Made by a program: the position numbers and the translations under genes. Under the pieces are notes generated by a model. It worked only from the letters and a program-made list of their open reading frames with translations, was not told where the DNA came from and did no database searches. Below, in pieces: positions 28,501-40,885 of a stretch of 64,000 nt of DNA (its first letter is position 1; each line of letters starts with the position of its first letter). Source of the stretch: Bugula neritina (taxonomy: Eukaryota; Animalia; Bryozoa); contig OZ037771.1 of assembly GCA_964035545.1 (NCBI GenBank), positions 2,801,628 to 2,865,627 of the forward strand, read 5' to 3'.

Positions 28501-30553
28501 CTTTGACCATCTAACCACAAAGTCTTCACCTATATACTAACCAACTATAAAAAGTTGTATCCTAAAGTGCTTCACAATAATCAAGGATAATCTTTCTCTA
28601 GATGGAATCAACTAATAAACTTCTAAGCAGACACAGGGTTTCCAGTCGAAGTTGTTATACTTACATAAATGTATGGCAACATCAAGCTATTTAGGAATCA
28701 CAGATTTACAAGCAATGATAAGCCCTCCCTAAGTTATCAACCTCATTACTTTACACAATCAACTGAGTAGCTTCCTTTACTAGTAACAACGCAACCCTAT
28801 TTAATTTGGGTCACAAACCTATATTTAAGCTGATGCTATCTATGCTTGTACAGTACTAACCAACTAGTATTATTACCTAAAAACACATGTCATGAATAAA
28901 CAAGACCCCTGGGTTTATTATATCGAGTCCAATAAGTCACCATTTCCTTCTGAGAATGTAATATACAGCCGCAATGCTGACCCATATTCAATTACATAAT
29001 GATATACATGACAGGATTGTCCAACTACCTATGGGACTTGGAAAAACCTGGGCTCTCCCTTTCAAGACTGGAAATGGAGGTTCTATGAAACACACCATTT
29101 ATAAAGCAAACTAAATCAAGAAGTTGTCTGAGCATAACAATAGCTGGAACTAGCATAAAGAGAGGCTTGCAGCACCTACTAGCATTCACCATAATATCTA
29201 CAGGTTTTATTATCCTCAGGTGGGAGGTAGATACAATCTAGCTGTTTCCTAACCCAAGAACTGGAGATAAGAAAAACACCCTCTGATAAATTTATAGCCA
29301 TCAATAGTGGTATACTGTGGACTGCATCTTATCAATTTACATCACAATACCTGGTGATAGCAGAATATAGTGTGAGAAGAAGCAGAATAGCGAATATTCA
29401 AGCATAATGTATCATTGCATTAGATATTTCAAAACCAATTGTGAAACATTTTTTAATGTTGCTATAAAGTTTAATAAAAACTACGTGCAACTATTTATAC
29501 TATTAGAGCAGAGAATAAAACCAAGAAGGAAGTACTTAAAATCCAAACACAAAGTATTTGCTCAGAGCTGGTCTCAACTCTAGTAATATTATCCAGGTTG
29601 ATCAAGACTGATTCATAAAATAAAGCTTCGAAAGTGAAAGTTGTAGAAAAGTAAATATAGTTTGCAAATGGAAATAAATGCACAGGTAAATGATGCCATT
29701 TATCAACAACGTCTGCAAATCAGGATAATTAGAAACGCATTGACAATTGAAGAGTATTCATAGGCAGGACTTATTGCCTTTGACTGTGCTCATTCAGTTT
29801 CAAATTCCCTAAAGTTCATCATCTAAATTGCCTTCATATTTGCACAAAGCAGTTTATTCATGTCTTTCAACGCATTGTGTGCAGAGTGTTTGCAAGAATA
29901 GCAGCTATCTTGACCTGCTTGCTCCTTTCACAGGGGCGTACTCTCAACTCTTCAGGGAGACAGTACTTTTAACCTAGACAGCACTTTTAACCTAGACAGC
30001 CGACAAAGTATCTTAAAATTTACTCACGTAGGTTATGCTTTGATCGGCGCCTTCGTTTCTTTTTTGTATATTTGAGCAAATCTAACTCGTCGTCGTCGTC
30101 ACTGGATGATATTAAACGTTCATGGTCGTATTTAGTGCACCACATTGGGCTAGATTTATCATCAGTGTAGTCTGTATCAACACTGCTAGTTTCTTCATGA
30201 CTGCTCCATTGGTCGTAGTTCTCTTCCAAACCATCAAACTCATTCAACCCTTTTATATGCAACAGGTTCTGAAACATAGATAACTAGTAATAATCACAGT
30301 GATCCACACTTCGCACATTAGTATAATCTCAACATTAATCACATTTGCTGCATATCACATTCAGTATTAAATTTTCTTCAATCAAAATGCAAGCAAGGTA
30401 TCTTTCATGATGTGCAGAAGTGGGGTATATCAGAAAGGATTTCGTAGCACAATGAGGTCTAAAGTGAACAACTTCATGACTTACTTTATTTGATAACTCC
30501 AAGTCAAACAGCGATGATGGGACTAAATCTGTCAGCAAATCTATTCCTGCCAT
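19504..30553 (-). CDS. Eip74EF: ETS transcription factor, E74 (Eip74EF)/ELF subfamily, long A-type isoform
   Basis: Exons (minus): 30485-30553 ([26 protein letters not shown]), 30028-30268, 22241-22378, 21734-21815, 21248-21357, 20981-21121, 20326-20518, 19504-19612 (TGA); phases join. ETS domain [96 protein letters not shown] matches remembered E74. The ETS exons are certain; the upstream exon chain is less so. Confidence 0.85.
20046..20257. mobile_element. MITE, Tc1/mariner(pogo)-type, copy 1 (in E74 intron)
   Basis: Imperfect TIRs of about 21 bp, CAGTACTCCCTCCATACCTCA / TGAGGTACGGAGGGCGCACTG, flanked by TA on both sides; no ORF; homologous copy at 62331. Confidence 0.85.
22713..23013 (-). 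CDS. Alternative first coding exon of the E74/ELF gene (E74B-like N-terminus)
   Basis: ATG at 23013, open frame to a strong donor G|gtaag at 22713 in phase 1, the same phase as exon 30028-30268, so both can join exon 22241-22378. Ends [21 protein letters not shown], resembling remembered Drosophila E74B PLDLS...AYKKSLMKRYY. Confidence 0.75.
23176..23209 (-). promoter_or_regulatory. Internal (B-isoform) core promoter: TATAAATA box with adjacent E-box and ARE/AP-1-like site
   Basis: Minus strand reads ATGAATCAGCA...GGTCACGTGG-TATAAATAG, about 165 nt upstream of the ATG at 23013. Confidence 0.6.
26143..26270. repeat. 56-bp direct tandem duplication (x2.3)
   Basis: ctaactgaaacgctacccaaacaggacaatgcagggataggtgagaataagtggta starts at 26151 and 26207, with a partial copy at 26263. 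Confidence 0.92.
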
Positions 30554-33500
30554 TCCCAAACTGTCTGGCTTACCTTCACTTCTACAAATGGAAAATAAAT
30601 GTTGTCAAACATTTCTTGCAAAGAAACTAGGTTATATTATGACAAGAGTTTTAAAAATATCAGCAATACACACTTTGTAAGATTATATACAACTAATACT
30701 AAGCATGCAATAAACATTGCTAACATTGAACAACCTAAAAGATGTTATGAAAACATGTAGCATTTGGTCTACATTAAATTCAGCAGTAAACATAACTTTG
30801 TCCTTCCAATTGACAATTGTTGGAATTGCCAGATAGGATGTGCCGGTCAGATTAAAATTCTAGAAGCTAAAAGTAGTTTAGAAGCTGCTGAAGGATCAAT
30901 CAAATAGTTGTCATAAAGTATTATAGTTGTAGGCAAATAGGATGGCTGATAAGTTTTGTTGGAGAAGAGATTAGCATAATTATTTCTTCAACTTGTCTGG
31001 GAGGAAAAGGCTGTTAAGTACAGTGAAATAGTACCAACCTATAAATGCATAAAAGTGCAATCTTCTAACTTAACTAGACTGTCAACCAACCAATAAGCCA
31101 GCTGTGTTTTATTACAATAGTTTCTATTTGGCAAATCTACATGCTTTACACAGAATTCAACAGTAGAGGTTGTTGTGTCATCATCTTATGGCACTAGTAA
31201 CTTTTGGCAGCGGTGACCTGAGGTATGAAACTTCCTCCATACCTGAGTGCCACTACTACTTGATTGAAAAATAACTGCGCAATGTTAGATGTGAGACACA
31301 GTGTTGAGTTACCACGTCTCTCGCGTACAGTTCTATAATAAAATCTGGACTCCTACACCAACCAACATTTCATGTACAGCTGCCTGATAACTGCTGCTTA
31401 AAATCACTTCACAGCAGCTGATAACAAACTCCCTCCTCAAATATCCCTATATGGACAAGGAAGTAAGTCCTATTCAACCACAAATGGGTTATCAATGTAA
31501 GCATTCAGAAGTAATGGCTTGGCTAGTTAAACGAAACTGACTAGGTCAAGTGAATTAATTCACACTATAGTTCTCTAATTCATGCCAATTATAATTTATA
31601 AACTAAAAGGTTTATCCCATTGAATAATAATTCAGTATTATTATTTTTCAGGTACTTGAATTTTCCTCTTAATTTCAAAAAGCTTTGGTTAAATTTTATC
31701 TCCCCTTGAACTAACTTGCAGCATATTCAAGTTCCTTCCCTGGATACCTAGACAGAAATTGTCCATTTCGATATTGGCAGGAGTTATATATCAATGGATT
31801 TAGTACAAGCTACAAAAGCAATTTTAAACATAAATTTCAGCTAGGCATTCATGTATAGTAAAGTGTTTATACTTTATCACCAAAATGCATTCAAGCAAAA
31901 AGTTAGAAATATCTTCATATACGGGAAAAGCATCTTACAAATTTCTAAATTGTATGCAATTTCAGTAGTTTTTAGGGTTCTTTATAATATTGTAATCACA
32001 GTTTCATTCAGTAGTGAGTTGACAATGCTGATCTAGAGTACCATAAAGGAGTACTGATGAAGTAATGGTGAACTATGTAGAGTGAACACTGGTGACACTG
32101 TATCCGGTTTCCCTCCCTCCCAGCTTTCACCCTGTTATTATATGCAGTTGGAAAAATCATAATGAGATGAAGCAACTTAATTAAACCAACTCCCACAACT
32201 GTAACTCTGCCATTGCTCAGACAACATAAGAATATCAGACTAAGTAGATGGACTACAACATTCAAGTTTAGGAATAAGACTTTTAGAGAAATAAGTTTCA
32301 GTACTATAGTATCTTGGCAGCTAGAATCCGGGCTATAAATCATTCACAGGCTATAAGATTATTAGCTGTAGTACCGCCCAGTTCAAGCCACAGTAATGAA
32401 TCCATCAACTTTATAAAATTTTCAAGTGTACTACAAGTACCAACGATGTTGATAATCAGTTTACAATCCTAGCGGCATGTCTAGTAATAATTATACTCCA
32501 ACAATATAATACCACGATAATGTTATAGATATTGAGTCAGTTGAGCAAACATCAAACTAGGTCATATAAACCATGTACAGTGCAACATACATGTCAAATG
32601 TTTCACCATCGAATGATCTGCTATGGCAGTGTTAATGTCATAACAGGTTGCTTTATCATTCACCAAAAGTCAGGCTTTTATCATCACTCAATTTCTCTGT
32701 AAGAGTTGCTTTATTGACTGAAATTATGTTGACTCAACGTTATCTGCCCCTTTGCACACCAAGTCTAACAACAAACTTATGATGCAATAAGATTGCGTTC
32801 TTCACTGAATCAAGATTTAGTAATTTAAGCACACACGTATTTTGGATGTAAACAAAGCAAAGTGTTAGTAGTTGGAGACTGCAATCAAGAATCTTGGAAG
32901 TCTATAAAGAGAAAAGCAGCTATGATCTAAATTCTAGTGGCTTACTTATAGTATATAATTCTTGTTCCACGGTTTTCCTACACTATTCCCAACACAATGT
33001 ATGAGAACACAACTTAAATTGCAAAGCTCTCAAAAATTAAATTTTCATTAATATCACATCCTTTATTTATCTTAGCAGCAGTGAAGTCTGCATATATTAG
33101 CCATGGATTTCGAGTCTCCCAAACATTCCACCGGAAACATGAGGATATCAATGATTACAACACCATCTACTCTTGCATAATTTAGTTATAGCAACATGCC
33201 TAATAAACTCAAAATACCTGAAGGGCTTCGGCCAAACTATGCCATACTGGTAGTGCCTACCAGCATGGTGAGCATTTATATACATGACAAAACCACATAG
33301 CAGTCTATTGACCTATCACCTAAGTGAAAAATATGTAATTGCCATATAATACTTGCTTAAATGTACCATTGAAGCCGAGATAATGCTAAGACGAGTAACT
33401 ATACATTATTATTCTTTTGCTGAGAGAATAAAATGACAATTGTGTAACTCTATTGAAGCAAATTCATGATATCAAATGAAAAGATTTCTGTCACAATCAC

Positions 33501-35454
33501 TGTTCACAAGATGTGTTGAAATCTCAGCAGATAATTTCTATTTACAATGCATCAGATTCTATAGAATTTCATTTTATCATTATCATTCTCTTTTCTAATC
33601 TTGTAAAAAGGGGGAGTGGCGTTGTATGGAGAGATATGATGTTTGTGATATTTCTGTGTCCATCAGCTTGGTTACAGTTAATACTTTGTTTTCATGCACT
33701 ATTACATTAGAATGGCTGCACTGTTATACTTGTGCATATTGTAGCAGTGTACTAATACCCACGTCTAACTATCTGTCTAACAGGATGTGTTCTCTCTACC
33801 CATTCCTAGTAGTCTACTAACTAGTATTAGATTTTAATCAGTCACAGTGATCCTACTGCAGTCTTAGGGAGGTCTAGTCCCTCCCCCCTCATTACATACT
33901 CAAAGTGATAGCCGTAGTATCATTTGATTCAACTCATGAAAGTTCTTAGAACTTGTAGATGTCTGAATGAGTGTAGCTTGCAATTGACTGGCAAAAAGTA
34001 TGTGTGATTATGATGAACTATGTGGGACCAACAGCGCTTTCTCTGGTTGCCATTCTCTGTCATGCCTCCTGCACACGGTTCTGTTATACTTAGCAACTAG
34101 TTATTAGACATTTAGTTTTCTTTAGTGAATTCCAGTTTAATCTCACAGCAGTGTGCTTGGTACAACTTGTGATGCGTGAGTGTGGTATTTCGTTTCTCTG
34201 TTCAACTTCATTCCTTGCAGTGGAGGTTTATATCAAGTTATGACCATATAAGGCAATGAGGTTTGGTTGACACATATTCCAAACAACATTGCCTACGTGC
34301 AATGCTAGCAGCTGTGATTCAGAGTTAATAATAGTCGTTGGGATTCTTTGCATTGAAGTTAATAACAAAACCGATACAGTTATTAGGCCAGTGATCATGA
34401 GTCAGCCGTAGCATGACACATCATCGTATGCCGATTACCATTATTAGAAGACAATTGACTAGTTACTAGCTGCAACTACTAGGGCAAACCTTTAGCATGT
34501 CAATCATTGAATCACTCAGTTTTTCTAACCTTCTGGTAGGAATATGGCTATGACTCTTAAGAACTGCACCAAAGTGGTGCTAACAACCTGTTACATAACT
34601 AATCCGAGCTGGTTGTTGCCCACTGCACTGAATTTAAAGTAGAGAACTTTGCCAATAACCTTATTTAGATAAGTTATTTGCATTTTATCAGCTGCATAAT
34701 GAAGAAAGAATTTGATTTGAATAGTATATCTGACTATCATATCACATTCAGTCGAGGGATAATAACGTGCTATATATTAGTTTACAATTCATACTTGCAA
34801 AAGTTTCAGTTATAGTTTACCATCAAGCACTGAAAAATGGACAGATCCTATACGTAAGAGAGGTCCCAGTTTGGTAACCTGTCTCATAGTTTCTATTATA
34901 ATTGGACTTTTTGCACAAGTACGGTTTATTTTAGATATCCACGTCAACAGACATAATATTAACAATATAATAGGAATTCTATTGCAAGCACTCAACCATC
35001 CAATATTGCAAAAACAAGGAGCAAGTATTTGACGTTAAAAAATTATAGCAATAGAGCATGACCAAAGTTACTGGGTCGAATCACAGGGTACACTTTAAGT
35101 TACCATTACTAAAGCTATGCACTACATATATTAGTTTAAATCTCAATATTTATGCTTCTCCATTTGCACCTTCTTGCATATTTTTTCAGCAGCTAGTGGT
35201 AGTCAAATATATCTATATATTTACTAAATCCAGGCAAACTAACTGGTCATTCACCGGCTCAACTTTACTCCAAATCTGCACTCAAATCATTTAATACTGT
35301 GCTTTGCCTATCAGGCATTATCAAATTCTAATCATGGAATTTCAAGATCGCGAGTCCGGGGTTGTCAGGCAGAAAGAAAGAGTTTCAAACATTAGTGGTC
35401 GACAGCTGTTTCGAGTCAAAACTATGTCGCAACACCTTAGAATAAATTAGTGTT

Positions 35455-35525
35455 AGTTTAAAGATGCCTTTGATAATATGTGGCATGACTCACTATGCGG
35501 CCAAACTTCCTTCTTCAGGTCTACT
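35455..35525 (+). mobile_element. Degenerate non-LTR retrotransposon RT fragment (CR1/L2/Jockey-like)
   Basis: Translates KDAFDNMWHDSL, then after a frameshift AKLPSSGL, resembling the LINE RT segment KAFDxVWHxxLLxKLPSYG. Confidence 0.45.
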
Positions 35526-36608
35526 GGACTACTAAAAAGACTCTTTTATAAGCTGCAATATTATAGTTTTACTGTATGACTTTCAACAAGAACGTAATTC
35601 TTTTTAGCCACAAATTTCGCAAGCTTTGCAAAAGATGTTCAATGTTTTGTATCTAAAGTTGCATGTTTTATTCATGTCTACGGTTTAGACCTGTGACTGT
35701 CAAAAGATGAAGCCTGGGGTTTGCTAGCTGCAAGATAAAAACACAGCTTGGTTGCAGCTGCAGGGGCATATATATAGCCCTCAACTACCTTCAACATTTT
35801 TGGGCAGAACAATGCGTCATTGTCATAATGGCTATAGAAAAATTTATCATAAGAACAAGTTGAACCTTTAGATATGAAATTTAGTGACTTGTATAAAGTT
35901 AAATAAACTAAATGTTATTTTAGTTTTTTTATGAAGGTTTTGATGAAATCAGTGCAATGGTATGTTACATGAATTGAAAAATGAACATAATTTAGACTCA
36001 AGGTCAACAAGAAACATAAAATTAAATTTGAAATTCAAATCCTTTCTAGTTTAGCTATTCATAATTCAAATTGATAAAAGAAGGTGTAAAAAATTGTGCA
36101 AATTGAAGTTTTGTTTATAAAACTAAAAGGCATACACATTACACTAATATACTATTTAACTTTTTGATTTTATTGAAACCACACAAAATGAAAATTGGTG
36201 GTTTCGAGTTGGAATAATCTAGGGCCCTTATACAATAGCGAGACCCACTTTCCCCAAGTGCATACAGGTGGTTTCACTTTCACATGCTGCTGCGCGTATG
36301 AATACAAAGACACGCCCCTCAGTAACTTGAGTCGCACGAAGTATATTTCAATCTGTACTATTTTTGCAAAAAAATATATACCGCCAGCTTACATTCATTG
36401 TTTAGGTTGTCAGTTTGAAAAGAATAATTGTTTTTGAACGTCTTTTAACTTAGCGTATTTATTCTTTAACGGAGAGATGAGTCATAACTCACATGATGAT
36501 GATGCAGTGTTCAATAACGCTAAATGAGCCTACTTGCAAACGCAGACAAGCCCCAAAACAGCATTTTTCATTAATATAAGCATACGTAGACATTGGAAGT
36601 CTACTCAC

Positions 36609-36720
36609 CTGATAACTGGTCTTGCAGTGTATCTGTTATGTCCACTCCTACAGCTATTTTAGAGAAAATAAAAAGTGCCGCATATGACTGAGCAGTATGC
36701 GTTGACCTACATAGGCGGCA
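36609..36720 (-). other. Probable non-coding first exon (5' UTR) of the E74/ELF A isoform
   Basis: Strong donor CAG|gtgagt at 36609/36608 directly downstream of a CpG-rich, motif-dense promoter; contains only a short uORF (ATG...TAG). Confidence 0.5.
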
Positions 36721-37010
36721 CCGTGTATTGAAGAAAACTTTTTCATCGTGTGCATCGAGTGTATCGGCTTTTCATTGGTTGGCATTACATTCACGTGATC
36801 GCTTGCGACGTCATTGGTAGCAGGATTCCCCAATCAATGCGGGAGCTCTGGCAAGATTATTTTTAGCAGTACTGTAATTTGAATGACTCAGCAGGTATCT
36901 TTATATCAATAATAATAATTAATGAGGGTGCGCTATGTTGATAGTATCGGAGTGCAATTAGTACTCATAGCTACTAGCCGAGTGCTCTAGTGTTTACTTG
37001 TTTACATTAC
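36680..37010. promoter_or_regulatory. Distal promoter of E74/ELF: CCAAT boxes, CRE-like site, E-box, two ARE-type sites, two forkhead sites
   Basis: ATTGG at about 36775 and 36813, CACGTG about 36792, GACGTCA about 36807, CCAAT about 36830, ATGACTGAGCA 36684-36694, ATGACTCAGCA 36883-36893, TGTTTAC twice at about 36991-37005; local CpG enrichment. Confidence 0.6.
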
Positions 37011-38183
37011 TTGTTCGTCTGCAACAAGCATTGTTTTGTACTTGAAGGCTGTTTTAGTGGAAAACAGAATTCAAATGCTCAAGAGATTTGAAGGATTTCC
37101 TTTCAGCTTTGGTTCTAGTAATTACTAACAGCATGAGAAGTTGTCTGTTCTTGAAACAAAAGCCATACTGAGAAAACTAAAACTAGAGCAAATTAAAATT
37201 TGAGTCCCATGCACCCAGCCAATATCAAATAGTTTGCATCAGAAAGTGTGACGAAGCACAAACCATAGCAACTGTGAAAATAACACAATGAGTGATGTTG
37301 ACAACAAAGTTGTATACTTGTATGCTAAATTCCAAGACAGTCAAGGCATTCTGGGTAATTGGCTACCTATTTTTAAATTCAACTTGGACAAAAAATAAAG
37401 AAGTTCAATTCCCATTTCGTTTGTCTCCTTACTAGCAACTAGAGTTGAAATTGTCAGGAAACATATTTTATGTTGTTTACGAAAAAATGCAAATCAAGTT
37501 AGAATGAATAACTGGTGGCAATTATTGTTGTAACATGAGAGGATATTTGTCAACTGGGGAATAACTTAGTGTGCCATTTCGTCTCATTGTATTTAGTTAC
37601 TGAGAAATGTTGCAACACTTTGGCCTTTACAAAATCTGGCAAAGATATTAATAGCGTTAACAGAGCTTGTCAAAATTATCTATTCCCAACAATAGAGTGA
37701 AAACTTTGCATACAATTGGTCCTTGCCTTAGTCCTATAGCATTCATTCAAGTAGGCAAACACCCCCCCCCCCTCCTATTTTAAATAAAGCAGTTGAAGTT
37801 TCCCCATTAAAGTTGCATATGAAATGCTGTGGACATTTGTTTTTGCACTATTGCCTTGGATATTTTGGAACTAAAAGAGGGAATAAAATAAAATCTCAAC
37901 AGTTTGCACTAGCAAATAGGGAATTTGGTTTTAAGTTTCTGTCTGTAGATTAATTTTGAATATTAAATCTAATCAAGTGGTGCATGGTGAAATGAGAATA
38001 ACCCGATCTATGATCAACTCTTCTCTTAACTTCATTTTCAACACTCTACATTTTGTTTAAGTAAAATCTGTTTTTCCTGCTATACATAGCTGAGTTTTGT
38101 CCTGAATGATAGTTTATTTTTATTAATTTTGTACACACTCTGTTAGTATCTATGGTCAACAGTCTAGATATAAAGTCTAACAG

Positions 38184-38335
38184 CAGCCATGGTCTAGTGG
38201 TGAGAGCACAGGCCTAGTGTGACAGGTCATGGGTTCAAGTCCAGGTCACTGGTGAGGTCAGAATTGTTACTGCGCTACAGCCCATTTCAAAACGTTCACC
38301 ACTAGGGGTTCTATCAGGAGTGGAGACTATAAACA
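38184..38335 (+). mobile_element. tRNA-derived SINE-like element
   Basis: A box TGGTCTAGTGG (38190-38200) and B box GGTTCAAGTCC (38232-38242) at tRNA spacing, without a closed cloverleaf, followed by a non-tRNA body. Confidence 0.6.
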
Positions 38336-39049
38336 ATGGTGTCTACAATGCTATTAGGTTCAGAGATCTGTGTATTGTTACTTAGACAGCTTTGTAAGTC
38401 ATTTCTGGGGTTTAGATTCAGAGTTTGGACAATGCTTTACATCATGGTCAGACAACTTCTTGATTATAAAATCTTGCTAGAACTGGTGCTGCTGCACAAT
38501 GGGAAGATGGCAGCTAATGGCGCTATAGCCAGACTCTACTCTAATTACAGAGTATTATACTAATTGGGTGGTAGTTTTCTCCCCTCTGTTATCATACACT
38601 TCCTTTACTCTGTTACCACGACGACTCTAGAAATACAACATTTTATTTAGTGTAGTTTTTTCATGAACATAAATTATTGTACGCAAATAAAATGGAACTG
38701 GTAGAGCTAAAACTTTCCCTCAATGTGCTATTAAAGGTACGTATCAAAATGTACTTGTACAAATACTAACATGTATAGTGTTACCTTACATGTATATATA
38801 ATATGTATAGTATTACCATATATAGTATATAACATATAATGTTTTAGTCTCTACAAGGAATTAAACCATATTGTGGTATGTTACTGGTATGAGTTACTAT
38901 ATAGTGTGATGATTGCTTAGTCAGCGGGTATACAAACACTTACAGCAATACAAGTTAGTTTGTGTGCTAAATATGTTTACAGTTTCATTTCAACAAAATG
39001 GTGGCAAATACCAACATAAATATTTGAATGAAAGAAGGCTTTTATTATA

Positions 39050-39425
39050 TTATGATTACTATTACTATTACTATGACTGTCACTACTACTACTATCACTA
39101 TCACTATTACTATTACTATTGCTGTTACTATTACTGTTACTATTACTATATTACTGCTATATTGTTACTATTACTATTACTGCTATACTGCTACTATTAC
39201 TATTACTATTAATAGGACTATGACAATTACTATTACCCTTAGTATTACTGTTACTATCACTATGACAAAAACTATTGCTTTTACTAACACTATATTACTA
39301 CTATACCGTTACTATAACTATATATTACTACTATTATTACTATTACAATTACTCTTGCTACTACTATGACTATTAATATGGCTATGACTATTGCTATTAC
39401 TATCACGATCACTATTACTATGGCT
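39050..39425. repeat. (TAC/TAT)n degenerate trinucleotide repeat
   Basis: tattactattactatgactgtcactactact...; produces spurious poly-Tyr and poly-Thr-Ile ORFs. Confidence 0.9.
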
Positions 39426-40819
39426 ATAATAGCGGCTAAGCAAAAAATGTGCGCCATGCAGTATATAAGACTGCCCTCAGTAAATTCCATTTTAATCATA
39501 CAGTAGGAGCTGGTGATTAGTGCAAAAGTAACTGAGATTTCTATTCTAGTTGTTTGACTGTCAACTCAGATAAATTCCTAATAGCAAATTAAAATTTTCA
39601 TCATTCTTGGGGCAAATGCTATTAGATTATATAGCTTTGCATCTAGAAAATAAAGAGAAGATAACTTTCAAGTCTAAAAAGTATAATTTCACGAAGTACC
39701 TAATATGATTTTAATAATTGAATATTTGCAAAGTTGAACCATTAATTCGAATACCACAATGTATTTTAGCAAATAATTTAAATTATAATTTGCACAGAAA
39801 CTTTTGTTGAAATATTTGTGGTTTGCAACCTAAACATTAAGATAAGCTGCAACAGAAACTATAAAATTAAAACTGTCTTATGAATAAAGATTATTTATAA
39901 TTACTACACAGTTGGTTTAAGGTCATTACTTTCCAGATTCAGGCACTGCTTTATGTTATATATAAACGGTTTCCAGGGGATAGCTCGAACAGTTTTTGTC
40001 TCACATTAACAAGTTTTACATGAAAAGATAGCTCTTGCATTCCTCTTTCATATACTTTTTTAATTTTTCAATAAAAATTTTTTTGAGAAAGTTGTTGCAT
40101 AATAAGTAAAATTTTACACCCTCCATGTTCCACTGCTGTAGCACAGGGGATTCATTTTATAAAGTATAAAAGTTAAACTTGACATTCCTTGATATGTTTT
40201 CTCTAATATACTTTCTTTGTTTTTTGAAATTCTGTTTATGCTCTTCACAATTTGGTAAAAACATACACCATTTTGCAAGTTTCACTGCAATTTTCTAAAT
40301 TCTTCATATGGTGGTTCTAGCTACGCTCCTGTGACTAATTATAACATTCCTAGTACGTTTGCCGCTCTGCGCTATCACAATAACATATAGTACCCTCTCG
40401 CACAAATTGGCAGTCTATTGGATTTCTGCCAATATAATGTTCCCTGTTTTACATTAGCACTTAGCTGAATCATCTCACTATGTTACAATAATATATTGAA
40501 AATGCCTCAGCACAACATAATTCTTTGTTTGTTTGGCAGTTAATTTCAGCTAAATCACTTCACTTTGCAGTCTTGTCAGTAAAGGTCTGTCTATAGAGCA
40601 GCAGGTGTACTTTCAGTTTCTCTAATTCACATATGATTATTTTAAGTACATTGTATTCTATAAGATCAATTTAAGGTTTAGTCCAGTGTTCAGTATCTAA
40701 TTATTATGCATGTATGTTGTCTTACTGTTGAACAAAAGTTAAAAAAAAACTTTACAATTATAGCCATATTTATTATACATGCGTAGGATTTGCATAAGTT
40801 GACAAAAAAAATTGCAACA

Positions 40820-40885
40820 AAACAGGGTTGAACCATAACCAACTAACTCCTCGCCGACGCCTCTAACCTCTAGACCACGCAGTCA
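40820..40885 (-). mobile_element. tRNA-like SINE head or tRNA pseudogene
   Basis: Minus strand GCGTGGTCTAGAGGTTAGAGGCGTCGGCGAGG...GGTTCAACCCTG followed by TTTT; A and B boxes present, arms degenerate. Confidence 0.5.

Noticed and set aside
29410-29445. IIALDISK resembling a LINE RT motif
   Set aside because: Too short, and the following residues do not continue the KAFD motif.
38913-39499. Poly-Tyr and Thr-Ile ORFs resembling structural or adhesive proteins
   Set aside because: Simple (TAC/TAT)n repeat with no signal peptide or convincing splice context.
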